A DNA stretch of 64,000 nucleotides from Lama glama (taxonomy: Eukaryota): contig CM052817.1 in NCBI GenBank assembly GCA_028534125.1, positions 46,068,001-46,132,000 of the forward strand. The letters are read 5' to 3'. Numbering within the stretch: position 1 is the first letter of the stretch; the number at the start of each line of letters is the position of its first letter. The notes under the pieces were generated by a model. That model was not told the origin of the DNA. It was given only the letters and a program-made list of their open reading frames with translations, and did no database searches. Positions 61,546 to 64,000 of the stretch are shown in pieces. The translations under genes and the position numbers were made by a program.

Positions 61546-63004
61546 AACTTAGTGCACATTTACGTAATAAGCTTGGAAAAACAGGAAGTTAAATGACTAC
61601 TCATACTCTTCATTTTTAAGCAATCTTCATGGTCTGTCAAAGGGGCACATGCTTATTTTAAATGTGGCTGAAATTTTTGCCATTTATTCTAAACTTCTTA
61701 AATGCTATCCCTGGTCTTTCTTGTAAATCATATAACAAAATGGATATCTCTTTAGGTTTCTGATTTTCTGACTTGGAATGTTGTCCTAATCTAAGTAAGA
61801 ATAACGAGATTTGGGGGTCTAATCTAAAATAAACATGAAGGAACACAGAGTATTGAAATTCTACAATGGTTGTAAAATAAGGACAATTGTCTCAAATTAA
61901 AAAAAATTAATGATTAAAGGTAAACTCATAGTGATACATAATAAGCTCACTCATGTTGGTGACTCATGTGCCATTTATGCATGTCTTCAAAAGCCCAATG
62001 AACTTTCACCCAAAAAGAACTTCTGCCTTTTACTTACTTCACCAGAGTCCACTGATTTCCTGTTAATCAAGATTTTAAAACAGCAACTGAGATTTGCTTT
62101 AGAAGAAACAAAGACAATTTAGGAGGCCTCAGGCCAACATCCAGAATGCCAGAGGTGACTGAATGAACTTTGATACAAAGCAAATAATGTTATAAATTCC
62201 ACAGGTGATCTGGAATTCTCATTGGCTCCAGGTCTTCTTTATCAGCCAGAAAGCCATAAAGAGGGCAGAGGGAGCAAACTCATTCTCACATGCCAAGGCA
62301 TGTTTAAGCTCAGCGTTTAGCATGCCAGGTAGCTGCCAGATACAAATCTTGCATATTAGGTCAGTCTTAACATATATCATTGTCATTATACTCATTAAAC
62401 GTTTTTGACTACAGTATTTAAAAAAAAATAAGGTAAGGTAAGAATTTGCCTTCTAAGGCCGAAACCCAGAACCTAGAAACACGAGGCCATACATGGATTA
62501 CTAAAGTGAGTATTTGATTGTCTTGTCTATTGATGAAGAAGGGTGCTTTAACTCACTTCCATTAGATGCTATAAATACCCAAGTAAACAGAGAAGAAAGG
62601 ACTAAGTTTCGATAATGTGAACTCAGAGCACTCCTCAAGTGTGGAAGTGTCCAAGGCTTCAGGAAGGAACCAGAGATCTGTGGAAGGCTCTAATACTGCT
62701 GAAGCAGTACAGTGGAGAGATTAAGGCATAGGCTTTGGAGTCAGTAGGACGGGGCTCAAGTCCTGGTATCCATCATTTGTACTGAGCCTCGTCTCTGAAT
62801 AATAAAATTACTTCAGAGAGATTTTAAAGGGTTAAATCCGATCATCAGATAATGCATGAGAGTTACTATTAACAACAAAAGATAACACTAGAATTAAAAT
62901 GAAACTATTACAGAATTTAAACTTTCCAGGAAATTCAAAGCACTCGCAATGGTGGAAAATTGCTATGTTTAACACCATTCTTACTAGAAGTTAGTTTTGG
63001 ACAG

Positions 63005-64000
63005 TTCATTTATTCATTCAGCATGTATTGATTGAGAGTCCACTGTGTTCTGCCAACAGCTGATGTGCAAAAAGAACACGAAGATCTTGTGAAATACCAC
63101 TTAGAATTTAGTGGAAATAGTGTTGTTAAAAATAATAATCATACCAGCAAAAACTATGTGAATTACGATCAATATGATGGAAGCAAATCATAGGATGCTA
63201 TCAGAAAATACAACAAGAACTAACTTACATGGCAAAATCAGGAAACACTTCTGAGAAAAAATGGCAGTCCACCTAAGAGGTAAAGAATGAGTAGGGTCTT
63301 GCCAAGACAAGGAGCAGTGGGGCAGTCCAGGTAGAGGGATCAGCATGGATATAGCATTGAGTTTGGCAGAGTTTGTACTAAGAAAGAGCCAATTAGGCAG
63401 AGTGGTTGGGACTCAGATGAAGCTGGACCATGCAAAGCCTGGGCAGGAGTCTTTTATCCCGGACACAATAGGCTGCTGTTGAAGGGTTTTAAGCAGATGA
63501 ATGATATAGTCTGATCACCCTGGCTTCCACCTGGAAGATAAACTAGAATGTGACAGTATTGGAAGCAAGAAGACTAGTTTATTAGGGGAGTGTCTTAAAA
63601 CATTGGAACATAAATTTACCTTTAGCACATTCTTTGTGTAGACAACTTTGCTGGAGCATGAAAGCACGGGGTAAGTTAGGGTTTTACAAACTCACATTCC
63701 AGGTCCCCTTTAGACCACTTTAAAACATATATTTGCTAAGGGATTCACTAATAACTGTGTGTGTTGGCTCATCCACTTCCAACAAATTTTTATTAAGATT
63801 TCTCATGTGCCAGTTACTGTCTTAGGCACTGGGAAGAGGGCAGTGAACAAAACACACAAAGACATTGCTCTCATCAATCTTACATTCTAGGTGGAGAGAG
63901 AACATAAGTAAACAAATAAATATATAACACGATTAATACTTTTAAATAAAATAAATCCAAGTGAGAAGACAGAGAGTAAGGTAAGATAGTAACAATTTAA
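63005..64000 (-). mobile_element. Two L2 fragments (about 63005-63570 and 63770-64000)
   Basis: tcatttattcattcagcatgtattgattgag...gaagggttttaagcag; catgtgccagttactgtcttaggcactggg...cagtgaacaaaacacacaaa. Confidence 0.7.

Noticed and set aside
23262..61966. Overall enrichment of AP-1 heptamers
   Set aside because: About 11 seen versus roughly 8 expected from base composition, so not notable alone; only the GGAA-fused subset is reported.
41300..64000. Exons of the neighbouring EGF-family gene EREG (and BTC on the other side)
   Set aside because: I saw no second EGF-domain or TM exon; these genes are expected outside the window.

Overview
Mammalian genomic DNA, AT-rich and repeat-dense, with one protein-coding gene: amphiregulin (AREG, an EGFR ligand) on the minus strand. 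It has six exons spanning about 40465 to 30975. The spliced CDS is 40277-40217, 39111-38863, 36279-36078, 35359-35204 and 33072-32979, totalling 762 nt (253 aa), with GT-AG introns and an intact frame. The promoter is a CpG island with TATA, CRE, GC box and a WT1-like site. Exon 6 is non-coding and carries AU-rich elements, two Pumilio elements and an ATTAAA signal. The remainder is about 31 kb downstream and 23 kb upstream intergenic sequence containing L1, L2, MIR, hAT-type MERs, a solo ERV1-type LTR, two tRNA-derived SINEs resembling camelid vic-1 (suggesting a camel, llama or alpaca), a 37-bp minisatellite, a U6 retro-fragment and a 500-N gap. I found no convincing new gene or biological system. 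The most interesting observations are a recurring overlapping TEAD/AP-1 motif (GGAATGASTCA) at three sites around AREG and an in-frame upstream ATG at the presumed TSS. Repeat family names and human comparisons are from memory and need RepeatMasker/Dfam or alignment confirmation; boundaries of old repeats are approximate.
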